Assembly: GCA_043813365.1 (NCBI GenBank)
Contig: JBDRLB010000026.1
Span: 8,587 to 72,586, forward strand
DNA: 64,000 nucleotides
Reading direction: 5' to 3'
DNA from: Candidatus Micrarchaeota archaeon
GTDB lineage: Archaea > Micrarchaeota > Micrarchaeia > Norongarragalinales > SBBD01
The notes under the pieces were generated by a model that saw only the letters and a program-made list of their open reading frames with translations, searched no databases and was not told where the DNA came from. Positions 37,908 through 47,570 of the stretch are shown piece after piece. Each line of letters begins with the position of its first letter. Position 1 is the first letter of the stretch. Made by a program: the position numbers and the translations under genes.

Positions 37908-38930
37908 ATGAATATGTATTCCGGTTACGAGTATTCCACAACGCGAGTAAAGGGAATGAAGAGCAAGCTCCTTACAGAGGGGAAGCTGCGCGAGCTGCTG
38001 GAAGTCAAATCCATTCCTGAAATGATACAGCTGCTTGAGGAATCCGAATACCGCGAGGATTTCATTGCAATGTCCACGAAATATTCGGGCATGGAACTTG
38101 TGATGCGCGCGCTCCACAACAATTTCAAAAGCAGCCTTCAAAAACTGGTTCAAATAAACCCCGAGGAGGGGAAGATCGCACTCAGGATACTGTTGCAGGA
38201 ATACGAGATCCAGAACATCAACACGATAATCGCTGCAAAAGCAACCGAGACGCCAATTTCGGACACCGACCTCCTGGTGCTTGAAAAGAACGAGGCCAAG
38301 CTTGTCGAAAAGCTATTGGCATTGAATTCAGTGCAGGATGTGGTAAAAAAATTGCGCAGCACGGAATACAGCGCTGCCATCAAGAAAGCGGACAAGGAAT
38401 TCGAGAAGCAGCAGGATTTCCGGGTTTACGGAAGGGCACTGAATGGGTATTATTTCGAGAAGCTACAGGGATTGCCCAGGGGCAGCAATGAGCTCCTCTG
38501 GAAGCTGATTGACCTGCGGAACGGCGTTAGGACCATAATGATCATCCTTAGGATAAAGAAAAGCGCGCCCGAAGAGGACGTGCGGAAATACCTGATTGAC
38601 AGGAACGACAAGTTCGGGCTCGAGCTCTCGAAGATGACGGATTTCGAGAAAATCATGGAAAGGGTTGCCCAAAAAAAGCCGGAATTGGCTTCTGCAGTGA
38701 AGCAGTGCCACGAGGAAAATTCCCTCATACCCCTCGAAATAGGGCTGGAGAGGGAATTCGTAAAGAAAGTGCTGAGGCTTCTCAAGCTGGCGGTGCTTGA
38801 TTTCGCAGTGGTTCTTGGGTACCTTTACCTGAAGGAGCTGGAAGTCTCCGCAATAAGGAAAATAGCATATGCAAAGCAATATGATTTCACGGATGAGCTG
38901 AAGGGGATGGTATTCAGCTTCAATGCGTAA
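37908..38930 (+). CDS. atpC: A-type ATP synthase subunit C (V0 d homolog).
   Basis: ~340 aa all-helical protein. Position between E and F. Start at the internal ATG (the ORF-track start overlaps atpE). Confidence 0.7.
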   Translation: MNMYSGYEYSTTRVKGMKSKLLTEGKLRELLEVKSIPEMIQLLEESEYREDFIAMSTKYSGMELVMRALHNNFKSSLQKLVQINPEEGKIALRILLQEYEIQNINTIIAAKATETPISDTDLLVLEKNEAKLVEKLLALNSVQDVVKKLRSTEYSAAIKKADKEFEKQQDFRVYGRALNGYYFEKLQGLPRGSNELLWKLIDLRNGVRTIMIILRIKKSAPEEDVRKYLIDRNDKFGLELSKMTDFEKIMERVAQKKPELASAVKQCHEENSLIPLEIGLEREFVKKVLRLLKLAVLDFAVVLGYLYLKELEVSAIRKIAYAKQYDFTDELKGMVFSFNA

Positions 38931-38944
38931 ATAATGTAAAATGG

Positions 38945-39265
38945 TTGAATAATATGGACAAAATTCTCGTCCTTGGAGACAGGGACATGGTCACAGGGTT
39001 CAAACTCGTTGGGATACGCGACGCGATTGTTTGCAGCGCGGAAACAGCCGACCAGAAATTGGCCGAGCTGCTTGAAAGGCAGGATGCCGGGATAGTGATT
39101 TTCCAGGACGAGTTCTATGGGAACCTGTCGCACAAAACGAAAAAGCTGATTGAGACCGTTCCCAAACCGGTGGTTGTTTCCGTCGGCGTGAAAGCGGCCA
39201 GCTCCACCGAGAACCTGCAGGCGATGATCAAGCGCGCTATTGGGATTTCCCTAGACAAAATGTAG
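38945..39265 (+). CDS. atpF: A-type ATP synthase subunit F.
   Basis: 106 aa. N-terminus KILVLGDRDMVTGFKLVGI is typical of subunit F. Confidence 0.75.
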   Translation: MNNMDKILVLGDRDMVTGFKLVGIRDAIVCSAETADQKLAELLERQDAGIVIFQDEFYGNLSHKTKKLIETVPKPVVVSVGVKAASSTENLQAMIKRAIGISLDKM

Positions 39266-39420
39266 GCCTAGCCCACGCAATATTCGATCGGGATTTTGCT
39301 TGATAAAATGTAATCCGTGCCCACCTACATTGCTTAAACTCCCCAGTTTGCCCACCGCAATATATATTAAACTCAAATTTGTTCAATTACTCACCTGATT
39401 CCTTCCTGATAGGTGATTCG

Positions 39421-40791
39421 ATGAACAAGTTTGCCGCTGTTTTTGGTTTACTGATTCTTCTTTCCATTGAAGCGCTTGCTGCTCCGTCACAGATCGCATA
39501 CTGCCCTTACGGCGACTGCACGCTGAACATCCCGCGCAACAAGATGTTCCAATCGCTTTCGAATCCGAACGATATTTCCCTCATCATTGGGAACAACCAA
39601 ATGTACAACTATTTCAAATCCACTAATTCAGGGGACAGCTGGAGCAACTTTACCGTCCGCCCATTTTTAGGATTGCATTCGGGAATGTCCGGAGACACAA
39701 GCGGCAGCATTTATGTGACGGATGAGAGCATGGGCAGCGTTTATTTCAGGAAAATCAATTCACCTGCAAAATACCCCTCGGATCTCGGGCCGGAGATGTT
39801 CCTTGCAGTCGGCCCCACCGACTTGACGAGATCGGTGGTCCTTGCGCAGGATGCGAGCAACATCTGGGTATTCTACCGAACCGTATTGAACCAGTCTGGC
39901 AACGTAAGGTATTTCCGTTCAACTGACGGCGGAGTAACATTCCCGCAGCAGGGATGGGTGGAAAATACGGGCACGGATAATGTGAGGATTGGCTCTTTCC
40001 TTATAAGCGGCAAGCCCGCGGTAGTAATTTGGTACAGCGAAGACAGCTCTTATGCGGGCTGGGGTTTCCGTTACTTCATCTGGAACGGCAACGCATTTGT
40101 TGCGAACCCCGATTCAACAATAGTGTGGGGGTCGCAGATTTACCTGCGCGAATTCACGATGAATTACGTGAACAACGAAATGCACATAGTGTATGCGGAT
40201 ATGAATGGCAGATTGATGCATTCCTGGAAGGCATACAATAACGGCATAGGCAGCTGGAATCAAGTTGCAATTGAATCGCTTGCATATATGCCAAGGGACT
40301 GGCATCCGATTCTAACCAAGAGGGGGAACGAACTTTACCTGATTTACGTGAGGCAGGAGTCAACAATGGCTGGGAACAACAACCTCTATTACAGGAAGTG
40401 GAATCCTTTAACGAAGAAATGGGGGATTGCGGTTGCCATAACAACCGAAGGTGGCGCCAACCGCTTCCCACAGGTGCCTGCCATCCTAGCTGCCACTTCA
40501 AAAATAATCCCGTTGGCTTGGTCAAAAGACGCTTCTGTGATGTTCAACACAATCAGCATCCCCTTGCCCACTCCTACCCCCATCCCAACCATAAGGCCGA
40601 AATATAAGGAGGAAGCAGTTGCCCTTGAGAATGTGGGAATGGCAGTTGGCATCTCCTCGGGCCCATCCGGGGAAGTATTTTCCGGGATGCTTCTCGGATT
40701 AGCCATCATTGCGCTCGGCCTACTTTTCGCATGGAGGCACGGGCATTTCGAGAGCAAGCCAATGAAAAAGCAAAGGCGCAGGCGGCATTAA
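39421..40791 (+). CDS. Secreted BNR/Asp-box beta-propeller (sialidase-like fold) protein with C-terminal TM anchor; paralog of the N-terminal domain of the 47571 giant.
   Basis: Signal peptide. BNR motifs STNSGDSW and STDGGVTF. About 370 aa co-linear with the N-terminus of 47571-52682 (e.g. FRSTDGGVTFPQQGWVENTGTDNVRIGS vs FHSTDGGITFPQQGWVSDTGYDNVRIGS). PTPTPIP linker, TM helix and RRRRH tail. Confidence 0.65.
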   Translation: MNKFAAVFGLLILLSIEALAAPSQIAYCPYGDCTLNIPRNKMFQSLSNPNDISLIIGNNQMYNYFKSTNSGDSWSNFTVRPFLGLHSGMSGDTSGSIYVTDESMGSVYFRKINSPAKYPSDLGPEMFLAVGPTDLTRSVVLAQDASNIWVFYRTVLNQSGNVRYFRSTDGGVTFPQQGWVENTGTDNVRIGSFLISGKPAVVIWYSEDSSYAGWGFRYFIWNGNAFVANPDSTIVWGSQIYLREFTMNYVNNEMHIVYADMNGRLMHSWKAYNNGIGSWNQVAIESLAYMPRDWHPILTKRGNELYLIYVRQESTMAGNNNLYYRKWNPLTKKWGIAVAITTEGGANRFPQVPAILAATSKIIPLAWSKDASVMFNTISIPLPTPTPIPTIRPKYKEEAVALENVGMAVGISSGPSGEVFSGMLLGLAIIALGLLFAWRHGHFESKPMKKQRRRRH

Positions 40792-40841
40792 ATTTTTAAT
40801 AAGAGTAAGCGTTTTTTAAGGAGGAAGCGGTTAAAATTTCC

Positions 40842-43800
40842 ATGCGGAAATTAATCCTTTTGCTGCTTCTCCTATTCGCACTTGATGTGCCGGCCCCCGA
40901 TGTCACTACTTGCGGCACAATCACGCAGGCGGGCGGCATTTATACCCTCCGGAACGACCTCCACGCACAGGGGGGGTGCATGGTTTTTGCATCCACCGCT
41001 ACCGGAGCAACACTCGACCTGAACGGTTATACCATCTACTACGGAGAGGCGGCGGATGGCACTCCGGCAAATCCCGATTTTGAGAGCTGCAGCGGCGGAA
41101 TCCCTGCCGGATGGGATGTTAGCGCTGCGCCTTCAAGCACATGCATTGTTGGCGATTATTACTACCGGACAGCCTACCTGCTAAATGGGGAAATCGTCCC
41201 CGGTTCGCATTCCTTCCAAATGACCTTTTCAAGCGGGGAGACGAAATCCATACTGTCCAGTCCGGTAAGCCTTGCAGGAGGGGCCATTTACGTACCCCAA
41301 GTGAGGTTTTTGATGCCATCAAGCTACCGTTATGTCACCACCCTCACAACCGCCAATGATCAGAACATCTGGCGCTCCACAAATGGCGGCACATCCTTTA
41401 GTCGCGCAACGCCGGATTTTAACGGCGCCGAGTATCAGAATGCCAAAGCGATCGCGATCAATAGGAACAACAATTACCTTTATGTTATTGAGGACGACGA
41501 GGACGTGTGGCGTTCAACCGACAGGGGCGTAAGCTGGACAAAAATCGCATCCAATTTCAATGGCAGGGCGATCGTAGGAAGCTCGCTCATGGATGCTAAC
41601 CGTGTAAAGGGGGCAGTAGTTGCGAGCGATAACAGCATCATCGCAATTGATGAAGTATCCGACGTTTGGCGATCCACCGATGGAAGCACTTGGACGAAGG
41701 TCAATGACGATTTCAACGGCGGCGAGGCCGACAATTTAAATTCCATGACGATAAACGGGAACAATATAATTTTCGCAATATCGGGTACCTCGAGTGGATC
41801 CAATGTCTGGCGCTCGTCCGATTTTGGGTCCACCTGGGCGCTTGTTGGAGGGATTGCGGGGCTTGTCACTGCAATAGGCGCAGACAGGAGCAACAACCTG
41901 ATCGCATTCAACGATGCAAAAGCAGTTTTCAGATCGACAGACAATGGTGCAAGCTGGCCGTCAATAGGCACTGTCAGCTCTACGGGGGGCAATATCCGGC
42001 AATTGGTGGCGGATTCAAGCAATACTCTCATCATCCTTGCAGACGGTTTGGGCAGAGGCCAGATCTCGCCGGATTCTGAAATTTTCACCTCAACAAATGG
42101 CGGCGCAAGCTGGACTAGAACAAATGATGATTACAACGGCAATAGCGGCTCGCAGGCAGCTTCCATGGCAATTGCCTCCGACAACGAATTGTTCATTGCA
42201 TCAGGCCCGTTATATGAGACTTCCATAACTGGCGGGAATTGGTTCGGGGCATTCGCACGGTACCCGTGGCTTCCATCCGTCACGGATTCGCAAAGCAATA
42301 TCCGGAGGTATACTCTCCTGACAAACGAAGCCGTTTCCGCACGGTTCAGGATTTCAATTATTGCGCCCCAAGGGTCGACGACTCCTGCCTACATAGACGA
42401 GGTCAGGCTGGTGCCTGCAATGTATTATGCCGTGGATGCCCAGTACGCAAGGGGCGTCAAAATAACAAACGGCAATATTGTCCAGGTGAATGACGGATTT
42501 TGGCTGAACAACATCTGGGCCGCCCAAAACGCGGAAATTTCCTACATCCATGGAACTGTGAAGGGCTTGGACAGCTTCAACATCCTTCATGGCTCCGGCC
42601 ACATCCACCATAATGTCTTCGAAAGCCGAGGAGTGTACTCAACTAGTGAACGGCAGTATGTGTATGCTCCTGTTTACATCGCATGCAGCCTAATCAACTC
42701 CTTCCACGACAACCAGATTTATGCAAGGTCGCATGCCGGTGCAAAATTAAGCGGCGATGTGTATAACAACTACGTCCAGATAGATTCGAGGAACAGCAAC
42801 GGCTTTGGCATTTTTTCAGAATCCGGGTGCACGGCAGGAATGCTCGTCCATCACAATACGATCAACGCGATAAATGGCAGGGGTGTGGGCGCAAACGACA
42901 ACGATATAGTTGACAGCAACATCATCACCGCAACCGAACGTTCCAATCAGGAGTATAACCCTTTTGCGAACGGCCTCTACCTGATCTCATATGGGATTCA
43001 AACAGAAACCGATGACAATGTGACCCTCACGAATAATTCAATTACCGTAAGGACCAACCCGATGTATGGCGATGCTGCCGGGTTGCGGATTACGGGCAAT
43101 GTCGGTCTTAGCAGGATCATGAACAATAAAGTAACCGTGATTAAGGAACAGGCGGACAATACGAGGGCAGTTGCGTTGTGGCCTGCCCAGGAGAATGTTG
43201 CGCAACCGGGATTGATGGGCTCTTTATTCAAGAACAACGAGTTCATCTCCAATAATTACTTAATAATGGCCGAAGCAGTCAGCAATGCCTTTCTCGATTC
43301 AAATACCTTCAGGCGCGGGCCGAATCCGATTGGTTTTACATCCCTTTATTTCCGGATAGCAACTTCGAACTTCACTCTCCTCAATTCCACCCTTCTCGAC
43401 GGAGCTTCCCAGGAGGCGACCTTCAACTGCGGCTCGGGCTGCAGCTACAATGTTGAATGGTACCTTATTGTGAGGGCGCAGGACGGGAGCGGGAATGGAA
43501 TTCCTGGCGCAACTGTGCGGATAACCGATTCGACAGGCGCAGTTATAGTCAACGGCCAATCGGTCGCATCCGATGGCACATACACCCGTTCACTCCGCCA
43601 ATTCACAAATGCAGGCACTTCCGGCTCAGGCACAAAAACATATTATACTCCCCACACTGTCAGTGTCACTTCCGGTACCCAAACAATCACAAAATCATTG
43701 ACGATGGATCGTTCTTTTCTCGAGCCTTTCGTTTTCGGGCCCTGCACGAACGGCCAGACGCAAAGCTGCATAACATCACAAAGCTGCCCTGGCACCATGA

Positions 43801-46800
43801 CGTGTTCCGGAGGAACTTGGGGTTCTTGCATAGATAATTCTGGGGACGGCTGCCCCGCGCCCTCCCCGTCCGTTGTTCCGAGCCCTTCCCCCTCACCATC
43901 AGCTAGCCCCTCTGCATCTGCTTCACCAAGTGTTGCTCCCTCGCCTTCCCCTTCGCCCCAACCTCCCGCAGGAAATATTTTCGGCAATATTTACCTTACG
44001 GGCACCCCCCGCGGAGTTGGCGCAGCAAAGAGATGCACCTTATTCACCTCCAACTCAAACATTTACGCAACAGCAATCAATGCCCATTTTGCCGGCAGTT
44101 CCGGAACCTCATGCGCTTTCGGGGTTTACCAGGGAGGGAGTGACAGTCTCTCGATGCTACTCTATTCCAGCAGCGCCTTTTCCGTTACCAGCACAACAGC
44201 AGCCTGGCGCACTCAAACAATAGGAAGCCTCTACCTTCCAGCAGGGCAATACGGCTTATGCGTGATGTGCAACGGCGATTGGGCGTATTCCTCCTATGAG
44301 CCCCCTGCAGGGGTAATGCGCGGGAATTCCATCCTAAGTTTCGAGACCCCATTCACTTCAGCAGGCCAATGGACTGGCGCATACAACACGTCTATTTTTG
44401 TCAACATCACTTCCGGCTTGCCTTCCGCATCTCCCTCACCAAGCCCTTCTCCCCTGCCTGACACAACCCCTGCTGTTTTAAGCAACGGCGCACCTACGGG
44501 CACCCTCCCAATAGGGACAGCAACCGCAACCCTCTCCTTGAATACGAACGAAGCCGCAACCTGCCGCTACAGCACAACCCCCAATGTCGCTTACGCATCA
44601 ATGACGAACACCTTCACAACAACCGGAGGCACTTCCCATTCGCGCTCCTTAACTGGTTTGCAGAATGCCCAAACATACAACTATTATGTCAGGTGCATTG
44701 ATGCAGCAGGGAATGCAAACCCCACGGATTATGCAATAACTTTTTCAGTTGCAGGGGATACCGCTGCTCCAAGTTTAAGCAACGGCGCCCCAACCGGAAC
44801 GCTTCCCCAAGGCACCATATCGACCACACTCTCCCTGAACACAAATGAAGCCGCAACCTGCCGCTACAGCACAACCCCCAATGTCGCATATTCTTCCATG
44901 ACCAACACCTTCACAACAACCGGAGGCACCTCCCACTCGCGCACATTGACCGGTTTGCAGAACGGCCAATCCTACAATTACTATGTAAGGTGCATCGATA
45001 CCGCCGAAAACGCCAATACGGCTGATTATGCGATTTCCTTCAGTGTTGCTGCTGATACGATCCCAGCAATTCTCAGCAATGGCCTTCCAACCGGCACACT
45101 CCCAATTGGGACAACTTCCGCAACCCTTTCCATAAGCACAAACGAAGCCGCAACCTGCCGCTACAGCACAACCCCCAATGTCGCATATTCTTCCATGACC
45201 AACACCTTCACAACAACCGGAGGCACCTCCCATTCGCGCTCCTTAACTGGTTTGCAGAACGGCCAATCTTATGCTTACTATGTAAGGTGCATTGACACAG
45301 CAGGGAATGCCAACCCTACTGATTACGCAATTTCCTTCAGCGTCGCAACAGATACGACTTCCCCGGCTGCAATTACCAATCTCGCTGCCAGCTCCTCAAC
45401 TGATACGCAAGTAACATTGCAATGGACTTCTCCGGGCGATGACGGCTCAGCAGGAATAGCGACCTCTTATGACGTCCGCTATTCAACTTCCGCGATTACC
45501 GCAGCGAACTTCGGGGGAGCAATACCGGCAACAGGCGAACCCAGCCCGCAAGTTGCGGGCTCAACCGAATCTTATACGGTTTCCGGACTTTCTGCTTCAA
45601 CCACGTATTATTTTGCAATAAAAACAGCAGACGAAATTCCCAATTGGTCGGCTCTCTCAAATGTCATCACGAGGACAACTAACCCAACTCCGGATACAAC
45701 CGCGCCGGTGCTTTCCAACCCCAGGCCTGCAAGGAATTACATCTTCCCCTCGGGCACAACCTCAACAGTAATCGGCTTTGATACGAACGAGCCCGCAAGC
45801 TGCAGGTTCAGCACGGTGCAAGGGGTGCCATACAATTCAATGACCAGCTCGTTTATTGCAACAGGAAATTCCCATTCCGCAACTGTTTCATCCCTCCAGA
45901 ATGGCCAATCTTACAATTATTATGCAAGATGCATTGACACTTCGGGGAATTTGAACAATTCCGATTATCCGCTCTCATTCAGCATCGCATTGCCGACGCA
46001 GGATTTGAATCCGGATGTTTACCTGAATTCGCCATCTTCCGGGGCTACCGCTTACAGGGAGAGCATGCTTTTCAATTGCTCTGCAATTGATGATGCCGCA
46101 CTCGCCTCCCTTGAAATGTACGGGAATTTCTTCGGGGAATGGGGCATCATCGGAAATTACCCTGTTTCCGGAAAGCAGGCAACTGCCACATACAATATTG
46201 ACCTTTCATTGGTGCCGGCAGGAACCTACAGGTGGAATTGCCGTGCAACGGACAACGCAACTCACCAAAGCTTTGCCGCATCTAACTTCTCCCTCATGCT
46301 GATAGACCGCATTTACGATTTCATGCTTTCACCAGCAATTGATGCATTCTCTGCTTCAAACGATCCTGGCACCGTCACCAACCGGACCTATACGCTGAGG
46401 AACACCGGCAACCAATACCTTTCCGGATTCTCATGCACTGCAAGCGAGAGCTGGGTTTCCATATTCAATTGCCCAGTAGGTTTGCAGCCGGGGAATTCGT
46501 CAATTGTAATTGCCAGCTACAGTACGGGCAGCTTGCCTGAAGGAGCGCATGCGGTTTCACTCAATTTCTCCCAGCCGAATGCGGATTTCCGCCTCGCATC
46601 GGTAAATGTCAATGTTACCTCCGCACCTTACAATCCGATTCCGGTTATTTCCAATGTTTCCAACTCAACCAGCTATTCCTCCGTGATTATAAGTTGGAAC
46701 ACCGACATAAATAGCAATTCCACTGTGCTCTTTGGCACTAGCAATGCGAGTTTGGATAAAAATTCCTCCATCAATGACAACGTCCTTCTCCACTCCATAA

Positions 46801-47480
46801 ACATACAAGGGCTCTCTCCGCAAACTCACTATTACTTCCGGGTTGAAAGCTGCTCGCTTGGCGGCTGCTCATCCTCCGCGCTTTTTGATTTCATGACATT
46901 GCCGCTTCCTTCCGGGTGCGCCTACTCCAACCCCGCTTGCCCATCCGGATACTCCTGCCAGAGCAATGCATGCGTGGCAAATTATGTGCCTCCTTCCGGC
47001 CCCGGCAGCGTATATTCCCCCCCATCCTACTATCCCGAATCCTCCCCCTCGGCAAAACCCTCCGCCTCGCCGACTGCAACCAATGCTTCCTCCGTGCAGC
47101 AATTCATCGAAGTTTCATTGGAAATAGAGGAACGGCTGCCGGAAATTGATTTTGATACGGAAGGCCAGCAGGATATTGCGGACATGCTCGCGCAGGCAAA
47201 GGAATTGCAAAGGCAGGGAAGGACGGAGCAAGCGCTGGTGCTTCTAGGGAAGGCCAGGGAAAAGCTCAAGCAGACAATCGAGGATTCAAAAACCGAAAGG
47301 GCAGGCTTCACATGGCAAATAGTGGCAATGCTCAGTGTAATGTTCCTGGCTTTACTGATCTATTATGTGAAGAAGACGCACTTCAAAATAACCGAACTGC
47401 AAGGGATAAAATCCGCGCCTCCGGAGGAAAAGAAACCGGGCGCATCCGTATCTGGAAGTTACGAAGAGACGCTGAAATAG
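40842..47480 (+). CDS. Giant (2212 aa) modular cell-surface protein: signal peptide, six BNR repeats, parallel beta-helix, 3 near-identical Fn3-like repeats plus a canonical Fn3, conserved C-terminal module, TM anchor and cytoplasmic tail.
   Basis: Uninterrupted ORF. Six W/F-RSTDxGxSW motifs. beta-helix repeats rich in N/G/I/H. Many N-x-S/T sequons. PS-rich linkers. Hairpin plus T7 terminator at 47486-47516. Confidence 0.8.
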   Translation: MRKLILLLLLLFALDVPAPDVTTCGTITQAGGIYTLRNDLHAQGGCMVFASTATGATLDLNGYTIYYGEAADGTPANPDFESCSGGIPAGWDVSAAPSSTCIVGDYYYRTAYLLNGEIVPGSHSFQMTFSSGETKSILSSPVSLAGGAIYVPQVRFLMPSSYRYVTTLTTANDQNIWRSTNGGTSFSRATPDFNGAEYQNAKAIAINRNNNYLYVIEDDEDVWRSTDRGVSWTKIASNFNGRAIVGSSLMDANRVKGAVVASDNSIIAIDEVSDVWRSTDGSTWTKVNDDFNGGEADNLNSMTINGNNIIFAISGTSSGSNVWRSSDFGSTWALVGGIAGLVTAIGADRSNNLIAFNDAKAVFRSTDNGASWPSIGTVSSTGGNIRQLVADSSNTLIILADGLGRGQISPDSEIFTSTNGGASWTRTNDDYNGNSGSQAASMAIASDNELFIASGPLYETSITGGNWFGAFARYPWLPSVTDSQSNIRRYTLLTNEAVSARFRISIIAPQGSTTPAYIDEVRLVPAMYYAVDAQYARGVKITNGNIVQVNDGFWLNNIWAAQNAEISYIHGTVKGLDSFNILHGSGHIHHNVFESRGVYSTSERQYVYAPVYIACSLINSFHDNQIYARSHAGAKLSGDVYNNYVQIDSRNSNGFGIFSESGCTAGMLVHHNTINAINGRGVGANDNDIVDSNIITATERSNQEYNPFANGLYLISYGIQTETDDNVTLTNNSITVRTNPMYGDAAGLRITGNVGLSRIMNNKVTVIKEQADNTRAVALWPAQENVAQPGLMGSLFKNNEFISNNYLIMAEAVSNAFLDSNTFRRGPNPIGFTSLYFRIATSNFTLLNSTLLDGASQEATFNCGSGCSYNVEWYLIVRAQDGSGNGIPGATVRITDSTGAVIVNGQSVASDGTYTRSLRQFTNAGTSGSGTKTYYTPHTVSVTSGTQTITKSLTMDRSFLEPFVFGPCTNGQTQSCITSQSCPGTMTCSGGTWGSCIDNSGDGCPAPSPSVVPSPSPSPSASPSASASPSVAPSPSPSPQPPAGNIFGNIYLTGTPRGVGAAKRCTLFTSNSNIYATAINAHFAGSSGTSCAFGVYQGGSDSLSMLLYSSSAFSVTSTTAAWRTQTIGSLYLPAGQYGLCVMCNGDWAYSSYEPPAGVMRGNSILSFETPFTSAGQWTGAYNTSIFVNITSGLPSASPSPSPSPLPDTTPAVLSNGAPTGTLPIGTATATLSLNTNEAATCRYSTTPNVAYASMTNTFTTTGGTSHSRSLTGLQNAQTYNYYVRCIDAAGNANPTDYAITFSVAGDTAAPSLSNGAPTGTLPQGTISTTLSLNTNEAATCRYSTTPNVAYSSMTNTFTTTGGTSHSRTLTGLQNGQSYNYYVRCIDTAENANTADYAISFSVAADTIPAILSNGLPTGTLPIGTTSATLSISTNEAATCRYSTTPNVAYSSMTNTFTTTGGTSHSRSLTGLQNGQSYAYYVRCIDTAGNANPTDYAISFSVATDTTSPAAITNLAASSSTDTQVTLQWTSPGDDGSAGIATSYDVRYSTSAITAANFGGAIPATGEPSPQVAGSTESYTVSGLSASTTYYFAIKTADEIPNWSALSNVITRTTNPTPDTTAPVLSNPRPARNYIFPSGTTSTVIGFDTNEPASCRFSTVQGVPYNSMTSSFIATGNSHSATVSSLQNGQSYNYYARCIDTSGNLNNSDYPLSFSIALPTQDLNPDVYLNSPSSGATAYRESMLFNCSAIDDAALASLEMYGNFFGEWGIIGNYPVSGKQATATYNIDLSLVPAGTYRWNCRATDNATHQSFAASNFSLMLIDRIYDFMLSPAIDAFSASNDPGTVTNRTYTLRNTGNQYLSGFSCTASESWVSIFNCPVGLQPGNSSIVIASYSTGSLPEGAHAVSLNFSQPNADFRLASVNVNVTSAPYNPIPVISNVSNSTSYSSVIISWNTDINSNSTVLFGTSNASLDKNSSINDNVLLHSINIQGLSPQTHYYFRVESCSLGGCSSSALFDFMTLPLPSGCAYSNPACPSGYSCQSNACVANYVPPSGPGSVYSPPSYYPESSPSAKPSASPTATNASSVQQFIEVSLEIEERLPEIDFDTEGQQDIADMLAQAKELQRQGRTEQALVLLGKAREKLKQTIEDSKTERAGFTWQIVAMLSVMFLALLIYYVKKTHFKITELQGIKSAPPEEKKPGASVSGSYEETLK
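44458..45357 (+). repeat. Three tandem ~300-bp direct repeats (>90% nucleotide identity) encoding ~100-aa Fn3-like units; followed by a canonical Fn3 (45358-45690) and a degenerate copy (45691-46000).
   Basis: Each unit carries the ...NEAATCRYSTTPNVAY(A/S)SMTNTFTTTGGTSHSR(S/T)LTGLQN.Q(T/S)Y.YYVRCID(A/T)A.NAN..DYAI(T/S)FSVA... consensus. Long identical nucleotide runs are visible at ~44560, ~44860 and ~45160. Confidence 0.8.
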
Positions 47481-47485
47481 TTAAA

Positions 47486-47516
47486 GCGGCCGCCTTATAC
47501 GCGGCCTAATTTTTTT
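47486..47516 (+). terminator. Hairpin (GGCCGC-cttatac-GCGGCC) followed by a T7 run.
   Basis: Perfect 6-bp GC stem immediately downstream of the 40842-47480 stop, followed by TTTTTTT. Confidence 0.4.
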
Positions 47517-47570
47517 ATCTTCTTCGGGAGCATATATATATCAGACCGACCTACTTTTTCCAGTGATTTT

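Noticed and set aside
44775-45233. 152-aa minus-strand ORF with an internally duplicated sequence.
   Set aside because: It reads through the three tandem 300-bp repeats on the wrong strand. The duplication merely reflects the repeat.
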